Source of the DNA: an uncultured virus (IMG/VR IMGVR_UViG_3300009158_000042) | Lineage: Duplodnaviria; Heunggongvirae; Uroviricota; Caudoviricetes | IMG/VR virus record: IMGVR_UViG_3300009158_000042 | Direction: 5' to 3' (one strand) | DNA length: 64,000 nt | In this document: positions 46,703 to 60,500 of the stretch, one piece after another | Layout: each line of letters starts with the position of its first letter | Numbering within the stretch: the first letter of the stretch is position 1 | The notes under the pieces: generated by a model | Seen by the model: the letters and a program-made list of their open reading frames with translations, nothing else | The model's database searches: none | What the model was told of the DNA's origin: nothing | Position numbers and translations under genes: made by a program

Positions 46703-47197
46703 ATGAATATGGCACCAGTCACTATTGTTGGAAATCTCACAGATGAACCACAATTGACCTTTACAACGAACGGTCAGGCACGATTGTCCTTTTCCGTAGC
46801 AACAAATCATGTCTGGTATGACCAGAGCAATGAAAAGCAGGAAAAGGCAAGTTACATCAACGTAACTGCATGGCGTTACCTCGCAGAGAACTCTGCTCGT
46901 ACCCTTGAAAAAGGAATCGGCGTTGTTATCTACGGTCGCCTTGAGCAGCGCTCATACGACGACAAAGAGGGAAACAAGCGTTCCATCGTTGAAATCGTTG
47001 CAGACGAAATCGCCATCGCAACCAAGTCTCTTGAAACAATTGAGCGCCGCCGTGGAAACGGTGGAGAAGGTTCTGCCGCAGGAGCTCCTGCACAGCGCTC
47101 AAATCAGCAGGGTGGGGCACCTCGCCGCAGCCGTCCAGTTACCGCCAGTGCTGGCGTCTCAGGCTCCTCTAACGAGGGAATGGATGAACCCTTCTAG
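46703..47197 (+). CDS. ssb: Single-stranded DNA-binding protein
   Basis: VTIVGNLT..P...GRLEQRSY...EIVADEI and acidic C-terminal DEPF. Confidence 0.95.
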   Translation: MNMAPVTIVGNLTDEPQLTFTTNGQARLSFSVATNHVWYDQSNEKQEKASYINVTAWRYLAENSARTLEKGIGVVIYGRLEQRSYDDKEGNKRSIVEIVADEIAIATKSLETIERRRGNGGEGSAAGAPAQRSNQQGGAPRRSRPVTASAGVSGSSNEGMDEPF

Positions 47198-47219
47198 GTC
47201 CTCCTAAGGAAAACTTAAG

Positions 47220-47260
47220 AAGCGCTCGGGAACCAGAGATGGGGAACGAGCGCTTTTTTT
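47220..47260 (+). terminator. Intrinsic terminator after ssb
   Basis: aagcgctcg...cgagcgctt followed by a T-run. Confidence 0.7.
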
Positions 47261-47353
47261 GTGCGCTAAATTATTTTATAAGAATGTTGTCATCTTTAAA
47301 AAATGCTACTAATATCTAAACAACTACAAATAAACCCATTGAAAGGGGAATAT

Positions 47354-47602
47354 ATGTCAGAGTATGAAAAACTCAAGCAAAAGGGAATCATGAGCCGAGG
47401 ACGCCCTCGCCATACTCCAGAACAACAAGAACAGTCTCGTGTTCTTAACTCGTTCAGACAAGAAGCACGCCGTAGGGCTCACCTGGTCCTCAAGGAGCGC
47501 CACACTGAAGAGTTCGAAGAGATTTATCTTGCGGAATTAAAAGACCTGCAAAAAGCAACTCGTCAAATTCGGGACAGAGTTAAGACTTCTCGGAAGAAGT
47601 AG
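47354..47602 (+). CDS. Hypothetical basic protein
   Basis: RBS gaaagggg; RGRPR AT-hook-like motif. Confidence 0.6.
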   Translation: MSEYEKLKQKGIMSRGRPRHTPEQQEQSRVLNSFRQEARRRAHLVLKERHTEEFEEIYLAELKDLQKATRQIRDRVKTSRKK

Positions 47603-47937
47603 ACTCTTCCTCGTCTTCTAACTTTTTACGCTTCTTTGAATGTTCATAGATAGCAATTAAGTCCATTTTATTCTGAAAACTGTTATCGCGCATTAGTCCA
47701 TCTAGTGCAGCAGCTTCACCAAGCACTTTTATATCTGCGTCGGTATTGAAGGTTGTCATTATTCTTTGCTTCCTCGATTGGGGCGTTTATAGACACGTTT
47801 TTTGGAAGCACCAAATTCAACATCCACCCAGTCGTCAAAGTCTTCATAGTCTCCAGGACTGCTTTTTACATAACGCTCATAAAGAGACAGTAATTCGATG
47901 TATTCGTCGTCGTCTTCGTCAAAGCTGCGTCCCATGA

Positions 47938-48186
47938 TTATTTCTCTTTAGGCTGTTCGTCGGGCTGCATGAAGGCTTGTTCAAATTGAAACATCTCTGC
48001 GGGTTCTAAAGAGTAGACCCATGGATGCTCGTTAGCTATTTTCCTGATAGCAATATTTCTTTCTGGCTGTTCTTGTGGAACATTGAAATATTTAACTATG
48101 TCGACAAACGTTTCCAGTCCTGGTATGTCTAGTCTTACGGACTTTAACCAGTCTGCGTTTTCTGTATTGTTATCTATGTTTGTCAT
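47938..48186 (-). CDS. Hypothetical protein
   Basis: ORF track. Confidence 0.5.
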   Translation of the reverse strand: MTNIDNNTENADWLKSVRLDIPGLETFVDIVKYFNVPQEQPERNIAIRKIANEHPWVYSLEPAEMFQFEQAFMQPDEQPKEK

Positions 48187-48224
48187 AAGGGTATTGTCAA
48201 AGTCTATATCTATACGGTGTCAAG

Positions 48225-48416
48225 TTATTGGAAAGATTTATTGGGCTCTTCAACCATGTCCCAGGAACTCCTGGACAATAAGTCGTCCACGTTTACATCA
48301 ATTCTCTTCCCGTTGCCCATGATTACATAACCAAGGCGTATCTTTCCGGAGATGGTTTCTTCTTCTGAATCAACAAACAGCTTGTCGTTGTCCCTTTTTG
48401 CTATTAGTTTGTTCAT
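48225..48416 (-). CDS. Hypothetical protein
   Basis: ORF downstream of the giant gene; RBS ggagg. Confidence 0.55.
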   Translation of the reverse strand: MNKLIAKRDNDKLFVDSEEETISGKIRLGYVIMGNGKRIDVNVDDLLSRSSWDMVEEPNKSFQ

Positions 48417-48584
48417 TTTTTGCCTCCATCACGAAGTACTTGTATCAATTCAGATAAGGCCCTTTTTGTTCTGGATGCTTTTTCTCCACTTGCTTCATTC
48501 ATGGCCATGTTTATGCCGAACGAAGAGATAGCTCTAGTCTCTTCTTCGTATCCTTTTTCGCCAATTTTCTTACTAGGAAGCATC

Positions 48585-51500
48585 CTATAATCCCATCGTC
48601 TTTAGTTCTTCTACGGTTAATCCAAGGAACTCTGAAAGCATATCGTAGTGCTCTGCTTTGAGCCTTCTTAGTCCTTCGTTTGCTGGAGCCGTAGCGTAAG
48701 CTATTGCTTCCGCTATGTATTCCGCCCTGTTGGTTGCAGCGTAATCGCTTATTTGCTTAGCTAGTGATGAATCGTATTCTGAAAGCATGTTTACCATTGA
48801 GGAAAGTTCGTCTTCAATTTCGGAACTACTTCTTCCGGCTTTTAGTTCGTCTTTTGCCCACGAGGTGGCGGCTTTTAGTTCTTTATAGATTCCATCTAAA
48901 TCTTCTGATTCACGTTTGAATGCAGCTTTATTTGTCTTTTTAGCCATAGCGTGGATTGCGTGTCCAAGTTCGTGACGTATTACGTACTCTCCGGTAAGGT
49001 TTGTCCCCGGAATATAGTCCTTAAGGACTTTGTCTGGGAATGCTATGAAGCCATAAGACGGTGTGTATACCCCGCCTCCGGCGTACCAGTTAGTTGGCTC
49101 TAGGTCGGATTCAAAAATAAACCCTTGCTTGAGCCCAAAGTCAGTTAGAAGCATTGGTGGTATGTCAAATCTTCCGAGCATGTTTCTCAATGATGGTGAA
49201 TTGCTTAGTGTCAATTCAACTTTTTTCTGAAGTTCTTTTTGTTTATCCCAATTAATTTCTAGTTCTTCAATGAGTTTATTAATTTTTCTAATACTCTTGT
49301 TTGAATTCTTTGTGTGCGGAGAACTTCTCAATATTGATGCAAGCTCTTCAGGGGAAGACGGAACGGCTCTGATTGATAATTCATTTGCAGAATAAGCAAC
49401 ATATTCAGCGTCGCTGCGAGGTTTTGCTCCTGGACGGCCTTTGCGAAGCCTCCTATTTGACCTGCCGCTACTTAATCGCGTGGATTCAGGAGAGGAATCT
49501 CCTGCCTGTTCTCCTCCAGCATTGAGTATGTAATCTTCATCGAATGCGCCAGGGGTACCGCCGTAGTCTATGTCGTATTCAGAAACCGCAGGTATGCCTA
49601 GACGTCTTGATAGCGCTTGAAGTTTTTCTCCTTCGTCTGGGTTTTCTCCGGTGTAATCATCCCTTACTATGATGTAGGCAATATCGTCTAGCGAAATTCC
49701 GCCCTCGCCGGGATGTACCTGTGCTTCGACTGGATAGTCGAAAGTGTCTTTTTCTCCAGCGTTTCTCAACATCATCATGTTTATATCAGGAGAGTTCATT
49801 GCTGACGTTGTTCCCATTAAGCTGAGGGAGTCTGATTCTGTTACGGTTGTTCTGTCTTCATTTCCTGGCTTGAGGACTAATAGGTAGTTGCCGTACTGCT
49901 GACCAGAACCAGCCACTTCTTCAGTTACTCCACCATATGCAGCCATTCCATAGATTGGTCTGAATTCTGGAGCCATATCTGGTGGATATCCAAACAGTGT
50001 TACTTCCGCTTGCTGTCTAGCTTGAGGATTGTAATGTCCATTGCTTCTGCCTGTTTCAAACTGACTAAGAAGTTTTTTGTTTTTTATAAGACCGCTTATT
50101 GCTTCTTTGTCTACAGCAACGACTACGCGATTATAATCCATTGGCCCTGGCTGGAAATAATCTCCACCCATGCCAACGAGTTCTTTTGCGTATTTATCGT
50201 ATTCGCTTACCAAGTCTTCAACGGTACCTCTAACACGCATGTCCGCGGACATTATTATTTTTTTACGTTCATTTTCTAGATACTTAGCGCGTGTTATGTG
50301 TATCCCGGCACGAAGAACCAAGCCTTTGGCAATGGTTTCAGCATCCCATTCCATCATTTGAGGGTCTCTAGATAAAACTATTCCTGTTATTTTGTCAATT
50401 GCTGGACCGATGCGTTCACTGAATGGAGACCTCTCTCTAATACGTGCCCATGGCCCCTTTGAAGTTTCTAGTAGGAATGGGTTAATTTCTTCTCCGTCGA
50501 ATGCTTTTTTAAAACGAGGGTCATCGAGTACACCATCAATTAGTTCACCAATAACAGCACCTATTTTAGGGTCTATAGTTTCGTCCAGAAGCCAAGATAC
50601 TGGTCTTCCTTCTTTTCTTGCGATAGCAATATCTTCGGTTGGTTCCTTCAGTGACCTTGGATAGGCAGCAACAAGGGCTTTGGCGTGTTCGTTACTTACG
50701 TGCTCGGTTAGTCCGGACGAAAGCTTTTTTCCAGCGTTTTTCCCAACCGATTCTCTTTGTCCGTCAAGAACTTCCGGAGTGGCGGAAGCGGCAAAAGCTC
50801 TGCCATCCGGGGATAATGCATCAGAGTGTTGAAGGTTCTGTTCAGGCCATGTATCCCTGTGAAGGCGCATCATTTCTGATGCTATTCCCGTACGTCTGCG
50901 GGTTCTGGCTACGCCAGTCCTTAGGATTTCGCTGTGGTCATCCTCGTTCCACTTTATGGTCGTCATCAGTCCTATCGAATTCTTGGAGTCTTCCATTCGC
51001 TTTAGGGCATCTAAGACGTTTACTTCTTCAATAGGAACTGGCCCTTTTTTATCAGTCATCGGATTGAAACCAAGTTTTGTCCAGCTTTCGGAAAGTTTTT
51101 GTCTAGCGTCATTTACGCTTCCAGTATCATAAGCAGTTATGGTTCCACCAGCATCAAGAACTACCCAGTAGCTAGTTTCGTTTCCATCTTTAGATGTGTG
51201 TTCAATATGTCTTGCTGAAACTATGCCGTAGTAGTTTGCATTCATAACGCTCTCTACTACTTTTTTCTTACCGGACGACATGCGCAGTTCTTGATTTAAT
51301 TCATCAGGCTGCAGTACTTCTGTTCCGGAAATGGAGCGAGGTTTTACCAGTGTTGATAAGTCCACTTTCTTGTTGCCCTGTTTATAGTTTTTAATAGCTC
51401 TAACAATAAGTGCGGGTGTTATCGCATACAGTCTATTCCTGCCTTCATCAAGAGTAACGGAAGAGAATCCAACAAAAGGTCTCTGCATGCCGATTATTTG

Positions 51501-54500
51501 TTTTTCATAACCAGGTCCAAGCTTGTTGGTCCAGTGTTTGTGTTGTTCTCCACCAATAATCCACTGCGTTCCACGCATGGCGTACTGCCATCTTTGCATC
51601 ATTACACTGTCATGTACTTTTAAGTCTTTGCCTCTGTTCTCGAAATCCCAATCTCTCGAAAGATTTTCTGCTATGTGTTTAGGGATTATTCGATGCGCGT
51701 ATCTACCAAAATACCCCCCGGCCAATTCTTCTCCAGTCATGAGTGCGCTCAAGAACTGATTGTCCGCTTCCTCGAGGGCCTTGATGACAGACTTTACATC
51801 GACTTGTTCATTCTCAAGTCCTGCAATTCTTTTATGTGCTTCCGATATGAAGTGAGCAACATCCCACCCTCTAGCAGCGAGGTCTATTACTTGGTCTGGA
51901 CTATTCTGACGAAATTCTTGAGATAGGTTACTAGACAACAATCCAAGTGAATTTCTGTTGTAGTTCCCAGCGTGTATTGTCCCATCAGTAGAAGCTGATT
52001 CAATAAACTTTTTTAATTCTTCAATTTGTTTTTCTATTTGATTATTTCTAGCTTTTACATCAGCGACGTTGATATTGTTAAGAGCTTTTGTGTCAGCAGA
52101 AGCAACATTAAAACCGTCAGAACCAACAGTTTTTTTAGGGTTAAGGACTCCGCCATCAAGTTCTGATGAGCCTTGATGTATTAAGAATTTTTCTCCATCT
52201 GAAGCGCCATTACCGAATAGTTCCCAGTATTTATCTCTATCATTTTGTTTGAGTTCTAATATCTCTCGTGTTTCTTTAAGTAGGTCATCGTACTCTTCTG
52301 GAGTTATATCTTCTAGGTCAAGTACGTTTTGTTCAATTCTTATCTTCTTGCTATCATGTTTATATTGCAGCAAGGCTACTTCTTCTTTTAAAAGTCTTGA
52401 CTTTTCATTAATATCGTCTTCAAATTTCTTAATCCAGTTTTTAACAAAAGAATCACGTTCGGGTTCCTTGTCGCTTCCCGGATATCTAGTCCACGACTCA
52501 TGTCTTGCAGTAAACGCATCTTCAGCTCGAGTCACTATGTCTGCTTTTAGTAAGTTTTTTGCTTGAGCTTCCGATGAATGTATGGTCGGAGCATTCATGT
52601 TTTTATCTGAAGCAACCACAACGTCAAAGTCTCCGCCAAGCCAGTCGCCAGTTTTATTATAATGCTCCAAGGCCTGAGTAAATCTTCTCATATAGGAAGA
52701 TTGTTCGTCTAGTTTTTCTTTCTCGTAAGAAGTATTAAATCGGGTATCAGCTTTGTACGGAGTTGGTTTTTCCAATACGTCTGTTTCTCCAGATGAAAGC
52801 TTCTTGGCCTCGATTTGTTTAGCCATTGAGTCTCTATCAACGTCAACTAATTTTGTAGCAAGTGACTCTCCGTCTGCGCTGTATCGTGTTGCTTCATCAA
52901 CTCTGAAAACCATCGCCTGCATCGGTCGGCCTAGTATTACTGTTTCATCTTCTTCTAGACACCCAAAGCCAGTAAATGGAGTAGAAAAAATATCTTTAAT
53001 TGGCACAAAAGCCTTTATGACGTATCCACTTTGGTCATTACCTGGTCTTCTACTGAACGACCTGGCTGTAGCTTCATTGATTGACCAAGACGAAAGTGGC
53101 CTCATACGTACTTCACGTATATCCATATCGCCTATGGCTATTGGTTCTCCAAACGCATTTTCACCAGCAGTAATTCCTCTGTATACAGCAAGATGTGTTA
53201 TCCCTCTGTCTTCGAAATACTGCTGCGTTGCTTCATGAGATGTTTGCAGGAATTCTCCAACAAATTTTCTTTGCATTTCGCTCAGGACTGGAGCACCATC
53301 GAAGTCTTCCATAATCTGTCCTGGGCCAGGGGATGCAACAACTCTGTCCATCCTATATTGATTTCCTCGGTCCCAACCAACAGCACCGTCTACGGAGAAC
53401 AGTTCTCTGGCTACGTTCTGCATTGATAACGCAACGTCGTTGGAGTCGTTTGCTGATATAGCCCATGTATGAACCAATCCTGATATTAACGCCTGCTTCA
53501 GAACCCCTTGCCCTTCTGGGGTATTGGCGTCAAACTCTACAAGACCACGGCTTTTCAACAATTCTTCAGGACTAGGTATTACTTTTTTAATATTTTGTAT
53601 AGTTAGTTCTTTTAATACTTCTAGGTCTTTTGCGTCGTCCGGCGTATTTTTGTCAATTTTGGCGACCATCAATTCAGACAAGTCTTTGTAATCAGTACCT
53701 TTCTTTATTCCGTAGCCTTTTTGCAGTATCTGTTCCCAGTCATCCGGACTATTCATAAGAGAATATGAATCTATTGATATTAAGGTTCCGTCTTTTAGCC
53801 TGTATATGCCCAGGTAGTCATTTTCGGGATTGCCTTCTCTTCTTTGACGTGTTTCCCTATTCCCCCACATGTCAAAGTAATACAACTGAGTTTTTATTGC
53901 AGTTATATGGTCTCCGGACCAGCGGCGCATTTCAGTTGGACCTATGGAGCCTATTGAATAATCATCCATGGTTTTTTCATACATGTCCCACATGCTTGAT
54001 TTATCAAAAAGCTCACCAGCAGTCAGTGATTCAAGTTTAGGAATAAAAGATTCGTTCCATATTTTGAGAACGCGCTGTTCTACACTGAAATCTATTCCCG
54101 AAGCTACCGAGCCTTTTTTGGGATTGTAAAAAAACTTACTTCCATCGCGCACTCCTTCGAGTGTTCTGTTAAGGATGAGTGATACGTCTCTAAAATTCTC
54201 GTCATCAGCAAAACCAACTCCGCTTCCAGGCATTGAAGTCTGAAACATTTTTACAAAATCTTGAGGAGTAAAATCCATAGATTCTGCTATTTTTTTAGAA
54301 ATCTCTCTTTTAATTTTTGGAGCAGCAAGACTAGAATCAATATCGTATGTTCCAGGAATAGAAACCGCATCGTCAATAAACATCTGCAAGACGTCTTTTT
54401 CGTCAGCAGGTTTTGTTGGCGAGTAAGGCTTACGAGTTGTCGGTATTGGAACAAACTTGGCAATCTGTGCTTTTTTCCACTGCGTATCTCTTGATTGAGG

Positions 54501-57500
54501 AATAGAAGTTTCCGTTATTCTAGAACGGCGCAAACCTTCTATTTCCGAAAGAGCACTTTCTAGTCTTCCGCGACGTTCGTCTCTTACTCCAGGGGAACGC
54601 CCAGATGAAAGAATCCGACCAGCCCTGTCGCCATCACGCCATGGCTGATAGGTGTCGTTTCCGCCAAGCAAGGTTGTTACAGCTTTCTTCAAGGAAGGAC
54701 TAATCATTTCATTTTGTATTTTTTCGTCTGGATGCAGTACGGCGACAATGCCCTCAGCCATGGTTTCTGCCATGTTGACGTTTCCGTATGAAGTGAGCAA
54801 ACGAGGAACGTCTGGAGTTTCAGAAAACGGAACATCGTTTTCAAACATTGTTATTCTGTCTTGGTCATATGTAAATTTATTAAATTCAGAAGCAACAGCA
54901 AGTGCACGAGCATAGTTTGTGTTGCCCTTGTCTTTGCTGCCGTATCTTTGACGTGTATGAATTGTTGTCTTTGGTCCGCCCTCAGAGTCAGCTATGGCCT
55001 TGAAGTGCAGCCAGTGACCCCATTCGTGAAGCAGCGTTCCTGCAAGGGAGTTTTCTATTGACTTCTGTCCTTTTACTGGGGACTGACCATTCCATCGAAG
55101 AGTGCTTTTGGTTACTGACGGTATTGAGTCATCCAATGCTTCAAGAAACACCTCTTTGTTGAGATAGACGGTGTCCATGTTTGGACTCATTCTTCCTCTT
55201 GCCCTAACCGGCTTACCGTCGTTGCGTTGCTTTGCAATCGCTGCAAATTTCTCGCGCACTTCTGGTATTGCTTCATAGGCTGCTATGCCTTCTGGGTCCA
55301 TGAAGGAGAAAGAAGGAGCTCCGTGGTTTTCAAAAGCCCACTTCATTTGTGGGTTATCTTCAATGGATTGTGCCAGGAGTTCTTGCATGGCTTTTACGTT
55401 GTCTGGTGAGAAGTCCGGGGTATCCCAAGGGTTTTTTTGATGAAAATCATCATAGTATTTCTGAAATTTTAATCTAGTAGCAGGGTCTACAACATCAGCG
55501 CCAGCGTAGTCGTCGAGCCACATTTGAAAATGTTCTTCACGATTTGAAGGAACCAAAACCTTAGCCATTTGTTCAGAGCTGAGACCTCTTAGCCATGTAT
55601 TTGTAGTCTTTCTTATCTCGCCGCCAAGCACGCTCTTGTCGCCGTACTTGTAATCCTTGGCTCTGTGTTCTCTTAGAAGTTCGCGCTCGTTGCGACCAAT
55701 TTCTATTATTGGTCTTTGGGGGGAATCTGGTCTAATTTGTATAGACGGACGTTCCTGCCCTGAAGCAAGTGAGGGTCTGCTGCTCTTTCCCAAAATATCG
55801 TGCGCAAGAGCTAATTCAATATCTTCTTCGTTGGCTTCATAAATTGGCTTGCTTCCAGAAGACAGTCGTCCACTAGTAGATGCTGTATCAAGCTTCTTAA
55901 TAACTGAATTAAAATCACCAGCATATATACGCGTTTCGGAGTCAGATACGCCTTCAATATCGAATACGGTTCTTGGTCGATTACGGTAGCCCATTGTTTC
56001 GTTCATATTTAGGTCGGACTCGTCAAGTCTGCCAACCCTGAGCATTCGTTCGGCGGAGTACATCATGTAATGAAGATGCTTAACGACCATTTTTTCTTGA
56101 GGCGTTAGAGGTGAGTCTGGGTGGTCCGCAAGGGACATCATGGCAAGGTCGTTTGCCCATTCTCCATGGCGGTCAAAAGCTCTACCGGTTCCGAGATGTC
56201 CGAATAGGTCATGGGTGTCTTGAAGTGCCTTGCCATAGAGTCCCATATTGAATTTATGCGGGTCAGTTATTCCACCTATGTAGCCACGAAGATATGTATC
56301 CGTGCTGTGGCTGATTCTTGAACCTGGAAGAAAAAGCTCCTCGTCACCCATTAGTTCGCCCGCACGGCGCGTAAGTTCCCTAACAAACTTGCTATGTTTT
56401 TTCCACGCTTCAAGATACGGTTCCGGCAATGTATCTTGAGTTAATGCTGGCAAACCAATACTGTCGCTCCTGATGACAAATCCTTTTGGAGCCAACATTT
56501 CCAACAGGGGGAATCTTTCCCTCGCCTCGTCGTTTTCAAATTCTAAAGTAGAAGCGTCGTTTTTGTATATTTTTCTTGCAATAATGTTTCCGTCGGAATC
56601 TTTCCATACGGAACCATTGAAAACAACCGTATCTTTCATTGCTTCATCAAGTATTGAAATAACGTCATCACGCTTAGGCAACTCGACGGTACGCCAGTCT
56701 CGTTTGTCCGGTATCTGTTCTGCCAATTGAGGTATCGGGTCAGCGGAAACAAACGGAATTCCGTCTGAAGAAATATCAATCGATATTGATTCAAGTAGCT
56801 GTTTTCCGGTTTCGGAAAACGCATTGTCCACTTCAACGTCAAGTAGTGTTTTCCCAGCAATTTCTTTGGTCAAGCCGGGAATAGCATCTTCAATAGAATA
56901 TTTCTGTTGTTTTGTTAGTTCTTTTCCTGTCGTTTCTTCTATTTTTTTAATTATTCTCTCGGCAACTTTTTTACCCGTTAAAGACTCTCTAGTTAGTCCT
57001 ATGTCGGCAGCTTCTTGCTGGGTTACTTCTGTGGGTTCATTAAATGCTTCAACTACATTTGCGCCAGAAGAGAGTCTTGTGCTTTCCCCTTCGTTGCGAT
57101 TTGAGTATATTTTTTCATCAGAAAATCTTTCGTCTTTCTTTATCTCGTCTATAGCCCTATACATAGCATCAAGAAGAGACATTCCTTCTGCTTTGTATAT
57201 TTCTCGCAAGCGGGCCATCTCTTCCGATTTTTGACGACTCAATTCTGCGTCAAAATCCATAAGAACATAAGACAGTCCGCTACCGTCTGGATTATGTTCA
57301 AGTTTGAATGCTCTGTTTTTAAGCTTGTTTGATTCTTCGAGGCCTTCTAAGACTTTTTTTACTTTATTAACAGCCTTTGTCTGGCCTTCAGTACCCTTTC
57401 CTATTTTTCCAATCAATGCGTCTAGGGAGTTATATGCAAGTTCGTCGTCGTATACTTCTATTACAGCTTTTTTGGTTTTCTCGCCGTTTTTGTAAACTGG

Positions 57501-60500
57501 GCTATACAGGTACCCATATCGTTTTATGTGCTCTAGCTTTAGTTCTTCTTTATAGGCTTCATCTTCTTTGAAACGTTTTCTTCTGACATTTAGTATTTCA
57601 AGTGCTTTTGCCCAAGTATCAACATCTGGTCCGAATGCTTCATTTAGTGCTCTAATTTGTGCTTCTTTGTCTATTTGTCCAAAACCATCTTCGGCAGGCT
57701 CAAGTCTGTTGTATCGCTTGTATTTTTCGTAAAGTTCCCAATACTTGAATTTCTCCTGCTCAGGGTTGGCAAATTCGAGTGTTTGGTCGAAACTGTCATC
57801 ATGATTTCCACCTCTGGCTACGGTAAAACGAGTTGATTCTCTGCCAGAAGAAAGTCTTGTGCTTCCCTCTTCTTTCTGGGCTGCAACAAAAGACTCTTTG
57901 TCTGATTCAAATTTTTTTACATCGGCGTCAAACTTTTCGCGCTCAAGTCTTAGTTTTTCATCGCGGCGCTTTCTGCTAAGTACAGAAGTGTCCCAGTTGT
58001 TTTCTATAGCACCATCAATTATCTTTTGCATTACCTGACTGGTTGCGAAGGCATCAGCGTCTGCGTTGTGATGTCCGTCGCCAAGTTCCACGCCGAGGTA
58101 TTCGGTAATGGCGGCAAGGCTGCTGGATGGTTTGGTTGTCCCGTCTCTACTACTTACGATATGTGGGCCATCTGGGCTATCTTCGCTCCATACCGGAAGG
58201 GTAAGAGAACTTATTTCGCGAGTATCTAAATAACCGCGTGGTGTCCAATCGATACCGCTTTCACGTAAAGCATCATCAAGAACGTTCTTGTCGAAAGTTG
58301 CGTTCTGAACGCCGATGATTGCGTCTGGGCCAATAAACTCAGCAACCTGTCTATGCGCTTCAGCCATGGGCATTTGCGTGGCAAGCCATTCATTGGTAAT
58401 CGGATTACCGTCTGCGTCTTTAAGATTTGCTAAAGACCATTCTCCTAGTGGTTCTTCTGGGTTCATAAACAGATTTAATCTGCCTATTTCTTCCCCATTT
58501 TTCATGCGAACTAGGCCAATTTGTGTTGGTTTTCCGTTGGTTGTGGCTTTACCAAACTCGTCAAAATTCAGGCCGGTTGTCTCATAGTCGAGAAATACAA
58601 TTTCGGCATCGTTGTATTTCTTCTTGAACTCTTCCCATGAATTAGAGTCGCCAAAGTATGAATCTGCTTCACCAAGGAAAGCTCCAAGCGTTGGTTCGCG
58701 TGGATATCGTGGAGCCTTGCCGCTAGATAGGCGGTCTCCCATCTGTTCCTCAAGCTGGTTAAATGCTTGAGAATCGTCAACTTCAGGAGCCCGTGAGGTT
58801 TTAACTGACAGAACCCTGGCAAGTTCTTCCTTGAGCACATCTCTCTTCCAAACATCTTTATCTTCTTCGCTCTTGCCACTAGGACCACGGTATTCAAATA
58901 TAACAGGGAGTTTTTCGGACTTGACCAGAACTCTTAGCCATGCTTCATATGGCGTAGTTGATTTATCTGGGATTATTTCTTCTTTAGACAACCCCTTATC
59001 CCCGAAGTTTTTGTCAAACCACACATCTGTCATTGCTGGGTTAAACATCTCAACATCGTCAGTTTTAAATACTCCGCCCCTAATGTTAGGAACTACCTCT
59101 ATGCCATACTCTCGCATTAGTTCATCACGTGATTGCGCCATATCAATCAGGAGACTCACATTGCTTTCGTTATTCTCGTTGTAGTCCTTGCTAAGTTCTC
59201 CCAACTCTTTTCTAAACTCTTTTGGTGTAGCAATTATTGCTTGAACTTCTTCAGGCTTGAATCTTCCAAGAACTAATGCTTCTTTGTAACTTGCTGATAT
59301 GCCATTGTCGGAACTAGCCTCAAATGCTCCGGATGGTGTTGGGTAAGTGTCGCCAGTCTTGTAGTCATAAAGTATGCCAAGTGGACTAAAACTACTAAGA
59401 AACACTCCATCTTCACCCAGTGAACTGAGTTGAAGAGGCGCATTGTCTTTCATTGACATATCAACTGTGTCTGCATCAAAAACCCTAGTGCGCTCTGCAA
59501 CTTCTGGTCGTAGCACAAAATGTGAATCGCCGTACTTTTGTGTTCTGTTCTGCGAAGCCTCTAGTGCTGCTCCTGCAGGACCTTCGTACATAAGTTTAAT
59601 GTCGTCTCCGTATATTTTTTTAAACTTTTCTTCTCGTGCTAATGCTGTTTTTGAAGTAGTAACATAGCCCGATGATGGTCTAAGTTCTCTTACTTCTGGA
59701 GGGTCTTCCACCCCTTCTTCAAACGGTAAACCTAATAGATTGCCTTCAACCTTTCGTCTGGCACTGGTAGTAATAGCATCGCCTATTAGGTTCATAGACT
59801 CAATATCAGCTGCTTCTCTTTCTTCTTTGTCATGTTGAGTGAGTATGGTGCGATTGCCCTTAATAAACGAGGCAATGCTTCTTGTCCTTACGAGCACCCG
59901 TGTGTCGATAGATTTACCATACGCTTCAGACGCCTTCCTCATGTCTGCATTCAACTGTTCTGGGGTGGCTGTTTTTAGATAAGTTTTAAACTCGTCAATT
60001 TTTGCAACCATTTCAGTATCGCCCCTAGCGATATGTATCTGTCTTGATATTTCTAATGCTACGCTCGGAGGAATAGGGTCTCCTTTTGCCCATACTCCAG
60101 ACTCACGAAGTCTTGCTTGTATGGGGAAAAACGCTGCCTCGGCATCCCTGCCGGTCATCTCCGAAGTAAAAAACTTTCCTTCTGCTACTACTTCGTTTAT
60201 GTAATCAATAGCCTCTTGCGGAAGAATTGTATCTTTTTTAAAGTAATAGTCAATTTGACGCTTGGCGGACTCTGCTGTTTCTTTTATTCTTGTATCGAGT
60301 TTTTCTTTGCTTACTTTTTCTTCAAAGTTCGTGCCGTAACCGAGTCGTTCTTTCAAGGCTCTTAGTTTCCCAAATATTTCCTGCGTATAAGCTGCGGATA
60401 TATCGGCATTATTTATTTCGGTACCACTAGAAAGTTTTTTGGTTACTTCTGGGTCGTAGCCCCATTCAAGCCAAGAGTCGCCGGCTGTATAAATATCCTT

